64,000 nt of DNA from Candidatus Fermentibacteraceae bacterium (lineage in GTDB: Bacteria; Fermentibacterota; Fermentibacteria; Fermentibacterales; JCC-6). The number at the start of each line of letters is the position of its first letter. The first letter of the stretch is position 1. Both the position numbers and the translations under genes were made by a program. This document shows positions 36,724-46,269 of this stretch, one piece after another. The stretch is taken from assembly GCA_041750285.1 (NCBI GenBank), contig JBGSZS010000012.1, forward strand, positions 1 through 64,000, in the 5' to 3' direction. The notes beneath the pieces are model-generated. The model ran no database searches, was not told the DNA's origin, and saw only the letters and a program-made list of their open reading frames with translations.

Positions 36724-39053
36724 GACACCGCCTCGAGGGGGTACTTTCCGGTGTGCAGGCCCCTCAAAGGTACATCGGCGGAGAGTGGAACTCGCATCCG
36801 CACGGAAGCGGCGCCAGGGTCACGCTGGTGTACCCCGATTCCTACGAGCTCGGAGCCTCCAATTTCGGTCTTTCCGTCGTAAGGCACCTGCTTCTTTCCG
36901 CGGGAGGGTTCGATGTTCGAAGGGCGTTCCATCCCGCTCCCGACATGATTGCCATTCACAGGAGCATGGGCATTCCATGGGTCGACCTCGAGGAGGGAGA
37001 ACCGGTTTCGGAGAGCCGGGTCGTCGGCTTCAGCATGGCATCCGAGCTCCTTTTCACGAACATGCTTGACCTTGTCGACCTGATGGGCCTTCCCATTCGC
37101 AGTTCAGAGCGTGCCGAGGATTCTCCGGTAATCCTTGCCGGGGGGGGCGGCATTACGAACCCGCTTCCCCTGATGCCGTTCGTGGACGCCTTCTTTCTTG
37201 GTGAGGCTGAAGCCGGCGCACTGCAGGTTTTCAGGGTGCTGGCCGGAGATGGCACAAAGGCACAAAGGCTTCAGGACATCTCCTCGATGGAGGGTGTTCT
37301 CGTCCCCGGGATCACCACCGGGAGGGTCAGGATGGCCAGAGTGGCCTCACTGGAGGATTGCCCCGCCCCTGTCGACCAGATCGTCCCCACCGCCGGCATC
37401 ACACAGGAGAGGGCTGTGGTGGAGCTTGCCCGTGGTTGCACCAGGGGCTGCAGGTTCTGCCAGGCCACCCAGCTTTCACGGCCGGTCAGGGAGAGGAGCC
37501 CCGAGCGCGTGGCCGCCCTGATGGAGGGAGCCCTTCAGTCCACCGGTTTCGAGGAGGGCGGCATGGTGACGCTCTCGTTCAGCGACTATTCCCGGATCGA
37601 AGAGCTTTCCGGGGTGATCGCCCGCATGGAGGGTGAGCGGGGAGTGAGGATCTCACAGCCCAGCCTGCGGCCCGACACGATCAGACGCCTTCACGACTGC
37701 GGCAGAAGGCTGAAGGGCAAGGTGACCCTTGCCCCCGAGGCAGGCTCGTTCAACCTCAGGAACCGGATTGGAAAGCCGTTCTCCGACGAAGACATCCTCG
37801 ACGCCGTCAGGGCCGCCCGCGCAATGGGCGCCGGAGGCGTTAAGATGTACTTCATGGTGGGGCTGCCCTGGGAGACCGATGAAGACCTTCAGGCCATTTC
37901 CTCGCTTGCGGAGAGGGCGGCTTCCGGTGGGGGGAGACGCTGGGAGGTTACCGCAGCGCTTTCTCCCTTCGTTCCCAAACCCCACACACCCTTTCAATGG
38001 GCGCCCCAGCAGCCACCTGAAGAGGTCCGCAGGAGGATACGCCTGGTCAGGAGCGGTTGCCGCAGGGCGAAGGTTTCCTGGAATGATCCCGACACTGCCA
38101 GACTCGAGGCCGCCATTGCCCTGGGCGGCGCCGATTTTGCGCAGGTTCTCGAGACCGCCTTCAGGATGGGTGCGGTCAACGACGCATGGAATGACCTTTT
38201 CCGCAGGGACATATGGTTCAGCCTTCTCCCGCCGGGTCCCGTCCCGCCTCCGGTCCCTGGCGACGAGCTTCCCTGGAGCGTCGTTGACACGGGCGTTCGT
38301 GAGGACTGGCTCATGGAGGAGTTCCGCAGGGCCGGCGCCTGTGAGCCCACGCCCGACTGCCGGGAAGCAGGCTGCACTGGCTGCGGGGTGTGCGATGGCG
38401 GGGTTCCCCCCCTTCCATCCGGTGTTCCGGCGGCGACCGGCCCCGAGGCCTTCAGCGCCGACCCGGTGCTCGTCCGGTTAAGGGTGCGCCATTCCCGCCA
38501 GGGGCTTGCCCGGTTCACTTCCCATCTCGATTCGGTCAGGATGTGGGGCAGGGTGGTGAGGCGTGCCGGTGTTCCGGTTTGCATGGGTGCCGGTTACGTT
38601 CGGAGGCCTTCGATGAGGTTCGGCTATCCCCTGCCGCTGGGCATGGCAAGCAGGGCTGAGTACGTCGATCTTTTCCTTCATGCCCGCATGAGTCCGGAAG
38701 AAGCCGCCGGGAGGCTCGAAAGGGCACTTCCCGAAGGATTTCACATCATTGCGGTCGGGGAGGTTCCCGTTTCGGATCCGTCGCCGGATACAGGCGGCAT
38801 TCTGGAGTTCACCATACCCGGCGTGGAAACCGCTATACTCGAAGGTACCCCGGGCATTGTACGGACCGGGGGCAATGTGCTTCTCGTCGACCCTTCACTG
38901 GGTCCGGTCAGGCTGGACAGGCTTCTCGCAGCAGACGGGGTTCCCCACGGGGTCATCGAGAGGACGGAAGTATACCGACGGGGCGAAGGCACCGATGCCG
39001 TGCCCCTGTTGCAGATAAAAGAGGGAGAGGGAGCCGATGTCGACAAAGGTTGA
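36720..39053 (+). CDS. Radical SAM protein (TIGR03960-like) fused to a radical SAM-linked domain (TIGR03936/DUF2344-like)
   Basis: P.RYIGGEWN, YPDSYELG, RGCTRGCRFC, FVPKPHTPFQW, CTGCGVC, RFTSHLD...PLPLG..S.AEY; usual position upstream of rng. Confidence 0.88.
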   Translation: MRHRLEGVLSGVQAPQRYIGGEWNSHPHGSGARVTLVYPDSYELGASNFGLSVVRHLLLSAGGFDVRRAFHPAPDMIAIHRSMGIPWVDLEEGEPVSESRVVGFSMASELLFTNMLDLVDLMGLPIRSSERAEDSPVILAGGGGITNPLPLMPFVDAFFLGEAEAGALQVFRVLAGDGTKAQRLQDISSMEGVLVPGITTGRVRMARVASLEDCPAPVDQIVPTAGITQERAVVELARGCTRGCRFCQATQLSRPVRERSPERVAALMEGALQSTGFEEGGMVTLSFSDYSRIEELSGVIARMEGERGVRISQPSLRPDTIRRLHDCGRRLKGKVTLAPEAGSFNLRNRIGKPFSDEDILDAVRAARAMGAGGVKMYFMVGLPWETDEDLQAISSLAERAASGGGRRWEVTAALSPFVPKPHTPFQWAPQQPPEEVRRRIRLVRSGCRRAKVSWNDPDTARLEAAIALGGADFAQVLETAFRMGAVNDAWNDLFRRDIWFSLLPPGPVPPPVPGDELPWSVVDTGVREDWLMEEFRRAGACEPTPDCREAGCTGCGVCDGGVPPLPSGVPAATGPEAFSADPVLVRLRVRHSRQGLARFTSHLDSVRMWGRVVRRAGVPVCMGAGYVRRPSMRFGYPLPLGMASRAEYVDLFLHARMSPEEAAGRLERALPEGFHIIAVGEVPVSDPSPDTGGILEFTIPGVETAILEGTPGIVRTGGNVLLVDPSLGPVRLDRLLAADGVPHGVIERTEVYRRGEGTDAVPLLQIKEGEGADVDKG

Positions 39054-40611
39054 TTTCGTCATCAACCAGCACCCCGAGGTCACCCGAATAGCCGTGCTGG
39101 AAGACGGCCGGCTGATGGAACTCATCGTTGAGATGGCCGAAGAGAAGCGGATAGTGGGCAACATATACCTCAGCCGCGTGAACGCCGTGCTTCCCGGGAT
39201 GCAGGCGGCTTTCGTGGACATAGGTCTGGAGAGAAGCGCATTCCTTCACGTATCCGATGTCCGCGAGGGCTTTTCCGATTCACTGGCCTTCGCCCGTAGC
39301 CTGGTGGAAGGCAGGCCCATGAAGTGCCGCGACACCACCGGTCCCATCGAGAAAGCCCTGAACAAGGGTGATCAGGTGCTGGTTCAGGTCACGAAGGAGC
39401 CAATCGGGACCAAGGGCGCCAGGGTCACGACCAGGCTCAGCATAGCGGGGCGGTACGTGGTGAGCATGCCCGGCGACCCGGTTGCCGGGGTTTCCCGCAA
39501 GGTCCACGACAAACAGGAGAGAAGCCGCCTCCGCGACATCATCCAGGACGTTCGCACCGAGGGTTACGGCATCATCGCCAGAACGGCCGGAATGGGTCAA
39601 TCCGAAGACAACTTCAAGGCCGACGTCGACCAGATAGTCAAGCGCTGGATGGAGATAGGTCAGGCCACGCTCAAGGCGAAGCCTCCGGTCCTCCTGCATC
39701 AGGAACACGATGTCATAACGGTCACCATGAGAGACCTCGTGACGGCCGACGTCAACTCGGTGGTTACCGATTCCCGAAGCGTCGCAACCCAGATCGGCAA
39801 GTACCTGAAGTCCGTGGCCCCCGACCTTGCCGGCAGGGTGAAGGTTTACCGGGGCAAAACCCCGATCTTCGACCATTTCGGAGTCGAGGACGAGATAGCG
39901 GGCATAATGCGCCGCGAGGTACACCTCAAGTGCGGCGGTTCACTGGTGATCGACCATACCGAGGCCCTGGTGGCCATCGACGTGAACACCAAGAGGTTCG
40001 TTGGCAGGAAAAGCCAGGAGAACACCATCCTGAAGACGAACATGGAAGCCGCCAAGGAAGTGGCCCGGCAGCTCCGGCTCCGCGACCTGGGCGGGATCAT
40101 CGTCATAGATTTCATCGACATGGACAACCCCGAGCACAAGGAGAAGGTTCTGAACTGCCTGCGGAGCGAACTGGGCCGCGACCGCAGCCCCACCAAGACC
40201 TGTCAGCTCAGTCCCCTCGGGCTTGTGGAGATGACCCGCAAACGTGTCCGGCCCAGCCTCATCCAGTCCATGTCCTCGCCGTGCCCGCACTGCGGGGGCT
40301 ACGGAAGGGTTCATTCCCCCATCAGCGTCATGACCCGGATCGAGCGTTTCCTTGAAAGGGCCGCCAACGACAGGCAGCACCGCAACCTGGTAGTATCCAT
40401 GAATCCCGTCGTGGCCAGGTACCTTCAGGAGAACGAAGGCCAGCGGCTCGAATACCTGGCGCGGCGGGGCGACAGGATCAGGGCCAGCATCCACGAGGAC
40501 CCGAGGCTCACCGAATCGGAGTTCAGGGTCTTCAGCCTCGACACCCACGAGGAGATAACCGAAAGGTACGATTCGAACAAGGTTGACTCAACGGGGTCGC
40601 CGGGGGTATAA
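39037..40611 (+). CDS. rng: Ribonuclease G/E family endoribonuclease
   Basis: VGNIY...VLPGMQAAFVDIG, QVTKEPIGTKGARVT, TEALVAIDVN, LGGIIVIDFIDM, CPHCGG. Confidence 0.95.
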   Translation: MSTKVDFVINQHPEVTRIAVLEDGRLMELIVEMAEEKRIVGNIYLSRVNAVLPGMQAAFVDIGLERSAFLHVSDVREGFSDSLAFARSLVEGRPMKCRDTTGPIEKALNKGDQVLVQVTKEPIGTKGARVTTRLSIAGRYVVSMPGDPVAGVSRKVHDKQERSRLRDIIQDVRTEGYGIIARTAGMGQSEDNFKADVDQIVKRWMEIGQATLKAKPPVLLHQEHDVITVTMRDLVTADVNSVVTDSRSVATQIGKYLKSVAPDLAGRVKVYRGKTPIFDHFGVEDEIAGIMRREVHLKCGGSLVIDHTEALVAIDVNTKRFVGRKSQENTILKTNMEAAKEVARQLRLRDLGGIIVIDFIDMDNPEHKEKVLNCLRSELGRDRSPTKTCQLSPLGLVEMTRKRVRPSLIQSMSSPCPHCGGYGRVHSPISVMTRIERFLERAANDRQHRNLVVSMNPVVARYLQENEGQRLEYLARRGDRIRASIHEDPRLTESEFRVFSLDTHEEITERYDSNKVDSTGSPGV

Positions 40612-40680
40612 ATGGCGCTGTTTTCCACTGAAGCGAAACATGCCGTAAATGTCTGCATGCGTGATAAACGGAGGTTGTGA

Positions 40681-40995
40681 GTGTACGCCATCATCGAGAC
40701 CGGGGGCACCCAGTTCAGGGTGGAACCCGGAATGAAGATCGAGGTTCCCCGGCTGCCCAACGCCGAGGGCGAGAATTTCACGTTCGACAGGGTGCTTCTC
40801 GTCGTGAAGGATGACAAGGTCGTCGTGGGCCATCCTTACATCGACGGGGTCAAGGTGAGCGCCGTTGTCAACAACCACTTCCGGGGCAAGAAGGTAATCG
40901 TGTTCAAGCGGAAGAACCGCAAGGGGTACGAAAAGACCCAGGGTCACCGCCGCGACCTCACCATGGTCGTCATCGACAAGATCACGAAGAGCTGA
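40681..40995 (+). CDS. rplU: 50S ribosomal protein L21
   Basis: MYAIIETGG.QFRV, GHPYI.G..V, KVIVFK.K.RKGY...GHR; GGAGG SD, GTG start. Confidence 0.97.
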   Translation: MYAIIETGGTQFRVEPGMKIEVPRLPNAEGENFTFDRVLLVVKDDKVVVGHPYIDGVKVSAVVNNHFRGKKVIVFKRKNRKGYEKTQGHRRDLTMVVIDKITKS

Positions 40996-40997
40996 GA

Positions 40998-41834
40998 ATG
41001 GCCCTGATCCTCTGGGGCAAGGAACTGGCCCGGGAGGTCACCGACTCCATCAGGACGCGGCTTGCCGGTGCGCCTGCGCCGGGACTTGCAGTCATTCTCG
41101 CCGGGGATGACCCCGCCAGCTCCGTCTATGTGGCGTCGAAAGAGAAGGCGTGCCGCAGGGTCGGCATCAGAAGCACCGTCTTCAGACTTCCCGGCAGTGT
41201 CAACGAGGGTACGATCCTCGGTTTGATCCGCGAACTCAACGACGACCCGTCGGTTCACGGAATCCTGTGCCAGCTGCCCCTTCCCGGGGGAATTGACAGG
41301 CACACGATCGCTTCGGCCGTTCTCCCCGGGAAGGACGTGGACGGCTTCCATCCCGAGAACGTGGGAAGGCTCTGGAGGGGACAGGACGGCCTGTTCCCAT
41401 GCACTCCGCTTGGTGTCATGGATCTGCTTCACCGTTACGGCATCCCCCTCGCCGGCAGGCACGCAGTTGTGCTGGGCCGAAGCGACATAGTCGGCAAACC
41501 GATGGCAGCCATGCTTTTGAAAGCAGACTGCACAGTCACCGTAGCCCACTCCCGAACGCTGGACCTTCCCGGTCTCTGCCGCACGGCTGACATTCTCGTA
41601 ACAGCTGTGGGACGGCACGGAATGGTCAGGGGGGACTGGGTGAAGCCCGGCGCCGTCATTGTCGATGTTGGCATCAACCGTCTTCCTGACGGCTCACTGG
41701 CGGGAGACGTCTGCTTTCCAGAGGTGGAAGCCGTTGCCTCTGCGATCACTCCGGTTCCGGGAGGGATCGGTCCGCTGACGATAGCCTACCTTCTGCTGAA
41801 CACTGTCAACGCCATGGAGCGGTTGACGCGTTAA
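40998..41834 (+). CDS. folD: Bifunctional methylenetetrahydrofolate dehydrogenase/cyclohydrolase
   Basis: PGLAVIL.G.DPAS..YV..K, QLPLP, KDVDGFHP, PCTP, GRS.IVGKP, TPVPGG.GP.T. Confidence 0.97.
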   Translation: MALILWGKELAREVTDSIRTRLAGAPAPGLAVILAGDDPASSVYVASKEKACRRVGIRSTVFRLPGSVNEGTILGLIRELNDDPSVHGILCQLPLPGGIDRHTIASAVLPGKDVDGFHPENVGRLWRGQDGLFPCTPLGVMDLLHRYGIPLAGRHAVVLGRSDIVGKPMAAMLLKADCTVTVAHSRTLDLPGLCRTADILVTAVGRHGMVRGDWVKPGAVIVDVGINRLPDGSLAGDVCFPEVEAVASAITPVPGGIGPLTIAYLLLNTVNAMERLTR

Positions 41835-41849
41835 GCCCCGTGCTATTAT
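41823..41849 (+). promoter_or_regulatory. Putative promoter at the end of folD
   Basis: TTGACG-N15-TATTAT with an extended -10 (TGcTATTAT). Confidence 0.5.
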
Positions 41850-41852
41850 CTC

Positions 41853-42026
41853 TGTGCAGGAGGGGTCCTGAACGGGAGGTTCGATGGTGGTCGCTCCTTT
41901 GCGGTTCCGGTCCTGTCTTTGCGTTTTCCCGGTGATGAGCCGGTCGACTGTTGAATTCCCGAACCCCTTCCCGGGCATGCTGCCCTTTCCCGCAGGGCCC
42001 TGCCTGAAGGGGTCGATGTTTTTTTG
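41853..42026. ncRNA. Candidate structured non-coding RNA (possibly 6S-like; strand uncertain)
   Basis: Long irregular rod (GGAGGGGT/ACCCCTTC, CGGGA/TCCCG, GTTCGATGGT/ACTGTTGAAT with G-U pairs), then a second hairpin and a T7 tract. Confidence 0.4.
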
Positions 42027-42152
42027 ACGAAAGCCACCCGGTTCGGCAGAAACGGCCTGCGGCATTCCACGAAACCGGTGGCTGCCGGGGGTTGTGAACC
42101 GGAGAACGGCGACAGAAGCACTCCGCCGGTGAGCGGATGAAGAAGGAGGGGA

Positions 42153-42515
42153 ATGAACGCCACGGCAATCATTCTGCTTGTCGGTGTCTGTGCGTTTGTG
42201 GGGGCTCTTGGCGTCATGCTGGTGATGCTGGCCAGGTTCAGGAAAACCCTCGAAGCCCTTGAAGGAACGCTTCAGAAGATCAACACCGAGCTTGGTACGC
42301 TTTCCCCCGCCCTTGCGGGAACCATGCAGCAGCTGGAACTGACCGGCCGCGACATCGGCAGGACCGCCTCCGAGGTCGAGACACTGGTTCACGGAGTCAA
42401 CAGCCATGCCCTCACTCCGGCTGCAGCCGGAGTGGTCAGCTATCTCCCCCTGGCCCTTGGGGTGTTCAGGGTAGTCAAGTCGGTCCTTGCGAGGAGGGGG
42501 GGCAGGGAGGAATGA
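42153..42515 (+). CDS. DUF948/YtxG-like membrane protein
   Basis: N-terminal TM followed by a heptad helix (RKTLEALEGTLQKINTEL); AAGGAGG SD. Confidence 0.7.
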   Translation: MNATAIILLVGVCAFVGALGVMLVMLARFRKTLEALEGTLQKINTELGTLSPALAGTMQQLELTGRDIGRTASEVETLVHGVNSHALTPAAAGVVSYLPLALGVFRVVKSVLARRGGREE

Positions 42516-43477
42516 AATGGCGGTGCTTTCCGGTACTCGCCCTGTTCCTGCTGCTCTCGTGCAGGCAGGGGTCCATCGGTCCGCTCAAGGGGGTTCTCGT
42601 CGTTTACGATCCCGACCTGGCCTCCTTCATTGACGGAGGAGGGCTTGACCGCATCCAGCGAACCGTGACCACGGTCGAGACCGAGAATGTTTTCAGCTGG
42701 GCGTTCGCCACGTCGGACGAGTTCACCGGAACCCTTAGGGAAAGGCGTGTCATCCTGTTCCTGGTCAACACGCCTGGCGATCTGCCCGACGGCATCGAAG
42801 CCGTTTCACCGGGGCTTTACTCCGGAGAGGACATCTGGGCCCTGAACCAGCAGGTCATCGGGGCTGTGGTGGAAGACGGCGACCTTCCCGAACCTCTTGC
42901 CGACCTTCTCGAAGAGGCCTACAACACACAGGTCCACCGGTACGTATACGGCAGTTTCGTGAACACCCAGATGTCCAGCCCGGAACGTCTTGACAGCCTT
43001 GACGCCCTGGGTTTCACGATCGATGTCCCGAAGGCTTACGCAACGCACATCTGGCGGCCGGATGACGGTTTCATCCAGTATCAGAGGGTTGCCGGGGAAG
43101 AGTGCCTTCTGATGCTGAGCATCCGCTTCTCCGCATCGTCCGCGGAACTCACCGACTCGACCGCCATCGCAGCCCGGGAGGCCATGGCAAGGCGTTTCTT
43201 CTTCGACGCCTCGGCGGATTCGGTTGACAGGTCGAGGGTCACCGTTTCACGCATCACCTTCGGGGGAATGCGGGGAATCTCCCTCACCGGAATGTGGAGG
43301 AACCCTGAATACCTGAATGCGGGGGCATTCACTTCACGTATTCTCGATTCCGGCGGGCGCAGGTATATTATGGACCTGGAAGTGTACAATCCCGGAAGGG
43401 AGAAGGAACCCTATCTCCGAGAGGGCTGGGTCATGATGGACACCTTTCGGGAAGGGAGAGCAAATGTCGGAAACTGA
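42512..43477 (+). CDS. Putative lipoprotein, DUF4837-like
   Basis: Lipobox LLS-C; DIWALNQQV, FTIDVPKAY, GMWRNP...GAF.S, YNPGREK..YLRE. Confidence 0.65.
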   Translation: MKWRCFPVLALFLLLSCRQGSIGPLKGVLVVYDPDLASFIDGGGLDRIQRTVTTVETENVFSWAFATSDEFTGTLRERRVILFLVNTPGDLPDGIEAVSPGLYSGEDIWALNQQVIGAVVEDGDLPEPLADLLEEAYNTQVHRYVYGSFVNTQMSSPERLDSLDALGFTIDVPKAYATHIWRPDDGFIQYQRVAGEECLLMLSIRFSASSAELTDSTAIAAREAMARRFFFDASADSVDRSRVTVSRITFGGMRGISLTGMWRNPEYLNAGAFTSRILDSGGRRYIMDLEVYNPGREKEPYLREGWVMMDTFREGRANVGN

Positions 43478-44075
43478 CAGCGAGCTCAAAGAGCTTTACC
43501 AGGAGTGGTTCACCACACCCACGCCGGTTGTGTGCGCCAGGCTCGCGGAGAGGCTCAGACAGGGAGGGTGCGCCTCCGAAGCCGAGGACGTGTCCCGGAA
43601 GGGACAGGAGAAGTGGCCCGGCAACATCTCCGTGAACGTTGTCCTCGGGAAGAGCTGCCGCGACACCGGCGACCTCGAGGGAGCCCTTCAGGCTTTCGAG
43701 AAGGTCATCTCCATCGATCCCCTGAACCTCATCGCCATCAGGAACCTCGCCGAACTCCATTTTGAAAGGGGCAACTGGAACCGAAGCATCGAGCTTTTCG
43801 AGGAGTTCCTGTTCGAGTATCCCGGCGACGCCGAGATCGAAAAAATGCTCAGGAAAGCCAGGGAGTCGAAAAGGAATGCCGACCGCGAATCACGTTCCGA
43901 CGCTCCGGGTCAGGTTTTCCCCCTGACCGACAGGATGGCAGGCATACTATCATCCCGGAGCGACCCCGCCCAGCCCGTTGAACCGGAAGAACACCACGAC
44001 CGAGCTCCGCGAAGCCTTTTCGACCTTTTCTCACCCGATGAGAGGGAAGAGCTTGGCCTCAAGCCCTATTCGTAA
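43464..44075 (+). CDS. Tetratricopeptide repeat protein
   Basis: RLAE.LR..G...EA, VVLGK...DTGDLEGALQAFEKVISIDPLN. Confidence 0.85.
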   Translation: MSETDSELKELYQEWFTTPTPVVCARLAERLRQGGCASEAEDVSRKGQEKWPGNISVNVVLGKSCRDTGDLEGALQAFEKVISIDPLNLIAIRNLAELHFERGNWNRSIELFEEFLFEYPGDAEIEKMLRKARESKRNADRESRSDAPGQVFPLTDRMAGILSSRSDPAQPVEPEEHHDRAPRSLFDLFSPDEREELGLKPYS

Positions 44076-44512
44076 TGGTTGAGATCACCCTGATCAACGG
44101 ACCGAACCTTGCGGCTCTCGGCAGCCGCGAACCGGCGGTCTATGGCCGCGAGACTCTTCAAGAGATCGTTTCAAGGCTCACCCGCGAGGCATCGGAGATG
44201 GGTGCCAGCATCACCCCGGTGCAGGCCGATTCCGAGGGACAGGTTGTCTGTGCCGTGAATTCCGCCGCGGAGAGGGGAGGAGCGCTTGTAATCAACCCGG
44301 GTGCGTTCTCTCACACTTCCGTGGCCATCATGGATGCCATGGGCGCGTTTCCCGGTCCGGTGATCGAAGTTCACATAAGCAATGTTCATGCCAGGGAGCA
44401 GTTCCGCAGAAGGCTTGTAACGGCCGCGGCGGCAGACGCCGTGATCAGCGGCGCAGGCGCCATGGGCTACTCCCTTGCTCTCATTCTCGCAGTCAATCTT
44501 CTTCGGAGGTGA
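44075..44512 (+). CDS. aroQ: Type II 3-dehydroquinate dehydratase
   Basis: INGPNL..LG.REP.VYG, INPGAFSHTS, EVHISNVHARE.FR. Confidence 0.96.
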   Translation: MVEITLINGPNLAALGSREPAVYGRETLQEIVSRLTREASEMGASITPVQADSEGQVVCAVNSAAERGGALVINPGAFSHTSVAIMDAMGAFPGPVIEVHISNVHAREQFRRRLVTAAAADAVISGAGAMGYSLALILAVNLLRR

Positions 44513-44518
44513 TGGTTC

Positions 44519-45088
44519 TTGGCTACTTCCAATGATTTCAGGAAGGGCATGGTGCTTGACATCGACGGCACGCTCTTTCAGATCGTTGATTTCCAGCATG
44601 TCAAACCGGGCAAGGGCGCCGCTTTCGTCAGGTCCAAGATCAGGGACGTTCTCACCGGCAGGGTTCTCGACAGAACCTGGCGGGCCGGTGAACGGGTGGA
44701 GGAAGTCAGGCTCGAGCGCAGGGTCTACCAGTTGCTCTACCACGCGGACGATGAGTACATGGTAATGGACCCCCGCAACTTCGAGCAGATATCCCTGCCG
44801 TCGTCACTGGTGGGCGATGCCGCCAAATACCTCACCGACAACTGCGAGATCGAGATCCTTTTCGTCGGCGAGACGCCGATAATGGTGGAGAGCCCCAGTT
44901 TCGTTAACCTCGTGATCACCGGGACCGATCCCGGTCTGAAGGGCGACACCGCAAGCGGCGGCACCAAACCGGCAGTGCTCGAGACCGGCCTTGTCGTCCA
45001 GGTTCCCCTGTTCGTTAAGGAGGGGGAGACGGTGAGGATCGACACCCGCACCGACACATACCTCGAAAGGGTGAACTCCAAGGCATGA
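44519..45088 (+). CDS. efp: Elongation factor P
   Basis: FQHVKPGKGAAFVR, PGLKGDTASGGTKPA.LETG...VPLFV..GE. Confidence 0.97.
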   Translation: MATSNDFRKGMVLDIDGTLFQIVDFQHVKPGKGAAFVRSKIRDVLTGRVLDRTWRAGERVEEVRLERRVYQLLYHADDEYMVMDPRNFEQISLPSSLVGDAAKYLTDNCEIEILFVGETPIMVESPSFVNLVITGTDPGLKGDTASGGTKPAVLETGLVVQVPLFVKEGETVRIDTRTDTYLERVNSKA

Positions 45089-45254
45089 CGCCACGATCTG
45101 AACGGAGGGAGGGGCATAGATGCGGCCGACACATCCGCGCTGTTGAGTGAGGCCATCGGAGCCCGGTGCGGGCTCCGGACAGGAAACGCCGCGGTAGCGC
45201 CAACCCCACCATCCCGCCCGGCGCCCGTCTAATCGATCCGGGAGGAGTGAACCG

Positions 45255-46262
45255 ATGAGAATTACAGTCCTTTGTCTTCTGGCGGCATCCCTTGCGCTGG
45301 CCGCGGACCGGGTGGTCCTTTTCGAGGATTTCACCAACAGCGGGTGCGGCCCGTGCTGGAACATCGAGTCACAGATAAACACGTTCGTTGCGAACCACAT
45401 AGCCTCGGGAACCCTGGCCGTTATACGCACCCACGTGAACTGGCCGTCGGCCAGCGATCCCATCTACCTTGCCAACCCAACCGAGCAGACCGTAAGGAAG
45501 GCCCAGTACGGCGTTCAGTCCGTGCCGTACCTGATCTTCGACGGGATTCAGGTCACCGCTGCCCCGAGCCTTGAAAGCCACTTCACAACCAGGCTGAACA
45601 CCCCCTCGTACATTGACATCCTTGTTGCCAGGAACGGCGACGGGACATCGGGCAACGTGAGCATCCGCGTCATTGCCGAACAGGAGCCCGAATGGCAGGA
45701 GGGCACTGTTATGAGGCTGTGGCCGATACTGGTCGAGGACAATGTCCCGGGAGTGGGCTACTGGGCCGGCAGTGTCTTCGAGCAGGCCTTCAGGGACAAC
45801 CTTCTCGGTCCCTATGGCGAGGTCGTGGAATTCGCCGCCCCCTACCCCGACACCATTTTCGTTGACGCGGAGTACACCGTCGCCCCCTCGTGGGATGCGG
45901 ACAATCTTTATCTGGCAACGTTCCTGCAGTGTACGTACCAGCAGAGCGACCACGAGGTGCCAAACGCTGACTGGCAGAAATTCATGGAGATTCCGCAGGG
46001 AGTGGAAGAAGGGTTCACGCCGTTCGGCCCCGTTCTCACCGTTACTCCCAACCCCGGTTCAGGAGCCTTCACTGCCGTTTCCGTCGTTCCCGAAGGCTCG
46101 ACCGCAACCCTGCAGGTATTCGACATCGCAGGAAGGACCGTTCTCACATCCCCGGCCGGGGGGCAGACAGACTTTGCCCTTGCCGAATCGGGCGTGTACT
46201 TCGTAAGGCTGCTGACCGACACCGGCGCAAGCGTCACCCGGACGATCGCCGTCATAAGATAG
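45255..46262 (+). CDS. Secreted Omp28-like thioredoxin-fold protein with T9SS-type C-terminal domain
   Basis: Signal peptide; RVVLFEDFTNSGCGPC, HVNWP...DP, YGVQSVP..IFDG; CTD VTPNP...VFDIAGR.V...SGVYFVRL. Confidence 0.8.
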   Translation: MRITVLCLLAASLALAADRVVLFEDFTNSGCGPCWNIESQINTFVANHIASGTLAVIRTHVNWPSASDPIYLANPTEQTVRKAQYGVQSVPYLIFDGIQVTAAPSLESHFTTRLNTPSYIDILVARNGDGTSGNVSIRVIAEQEPEWQEGTVMRLWPILVEDNVPGVGYWAGSVFEQAFRDNLLGPYGEVVEFAAPYPDTIFVDAEYTVAPSWDADNLYLATFLQCTYQQSDHEVPNADWQKFMEIPQGVEEGFTPFGPVLTVTPNPGSGAFTAVSVVPEGSTATLQVFDIAGRTVLTSPAGGQTDFALAESGVYFVRLLTDTGASVTRTIAVIR

Positions 46263-46269
46263 GGCTCGC

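Noticed and set aside
36720..39053. Radical SAM fusion as a novel system
   Set aside because: The TIGR03960/TIGR03936-type fusion upstream of rng-rplU is a known, widespread arrangement, although its function is unresolved
40612..40680. L21 leader RNA upstream of rplU
   Set aside because: Only weak pairing is visible; it cannot be supported without a covariance-model search
41890..41940. c-di-GMP-I riboswitch on the minus strand (ACGCAAAG motif)
   Set aside because: The preceding GGCAAAC...GAAA stem is absent and no gene lies downstream on that strand
45150..45200. SRP RNA or tRNA in the spacer after efp
   Set aside because: It lacks the SRP CAGG..GRAA..AGCA core and has no cloverleaf or T-loop
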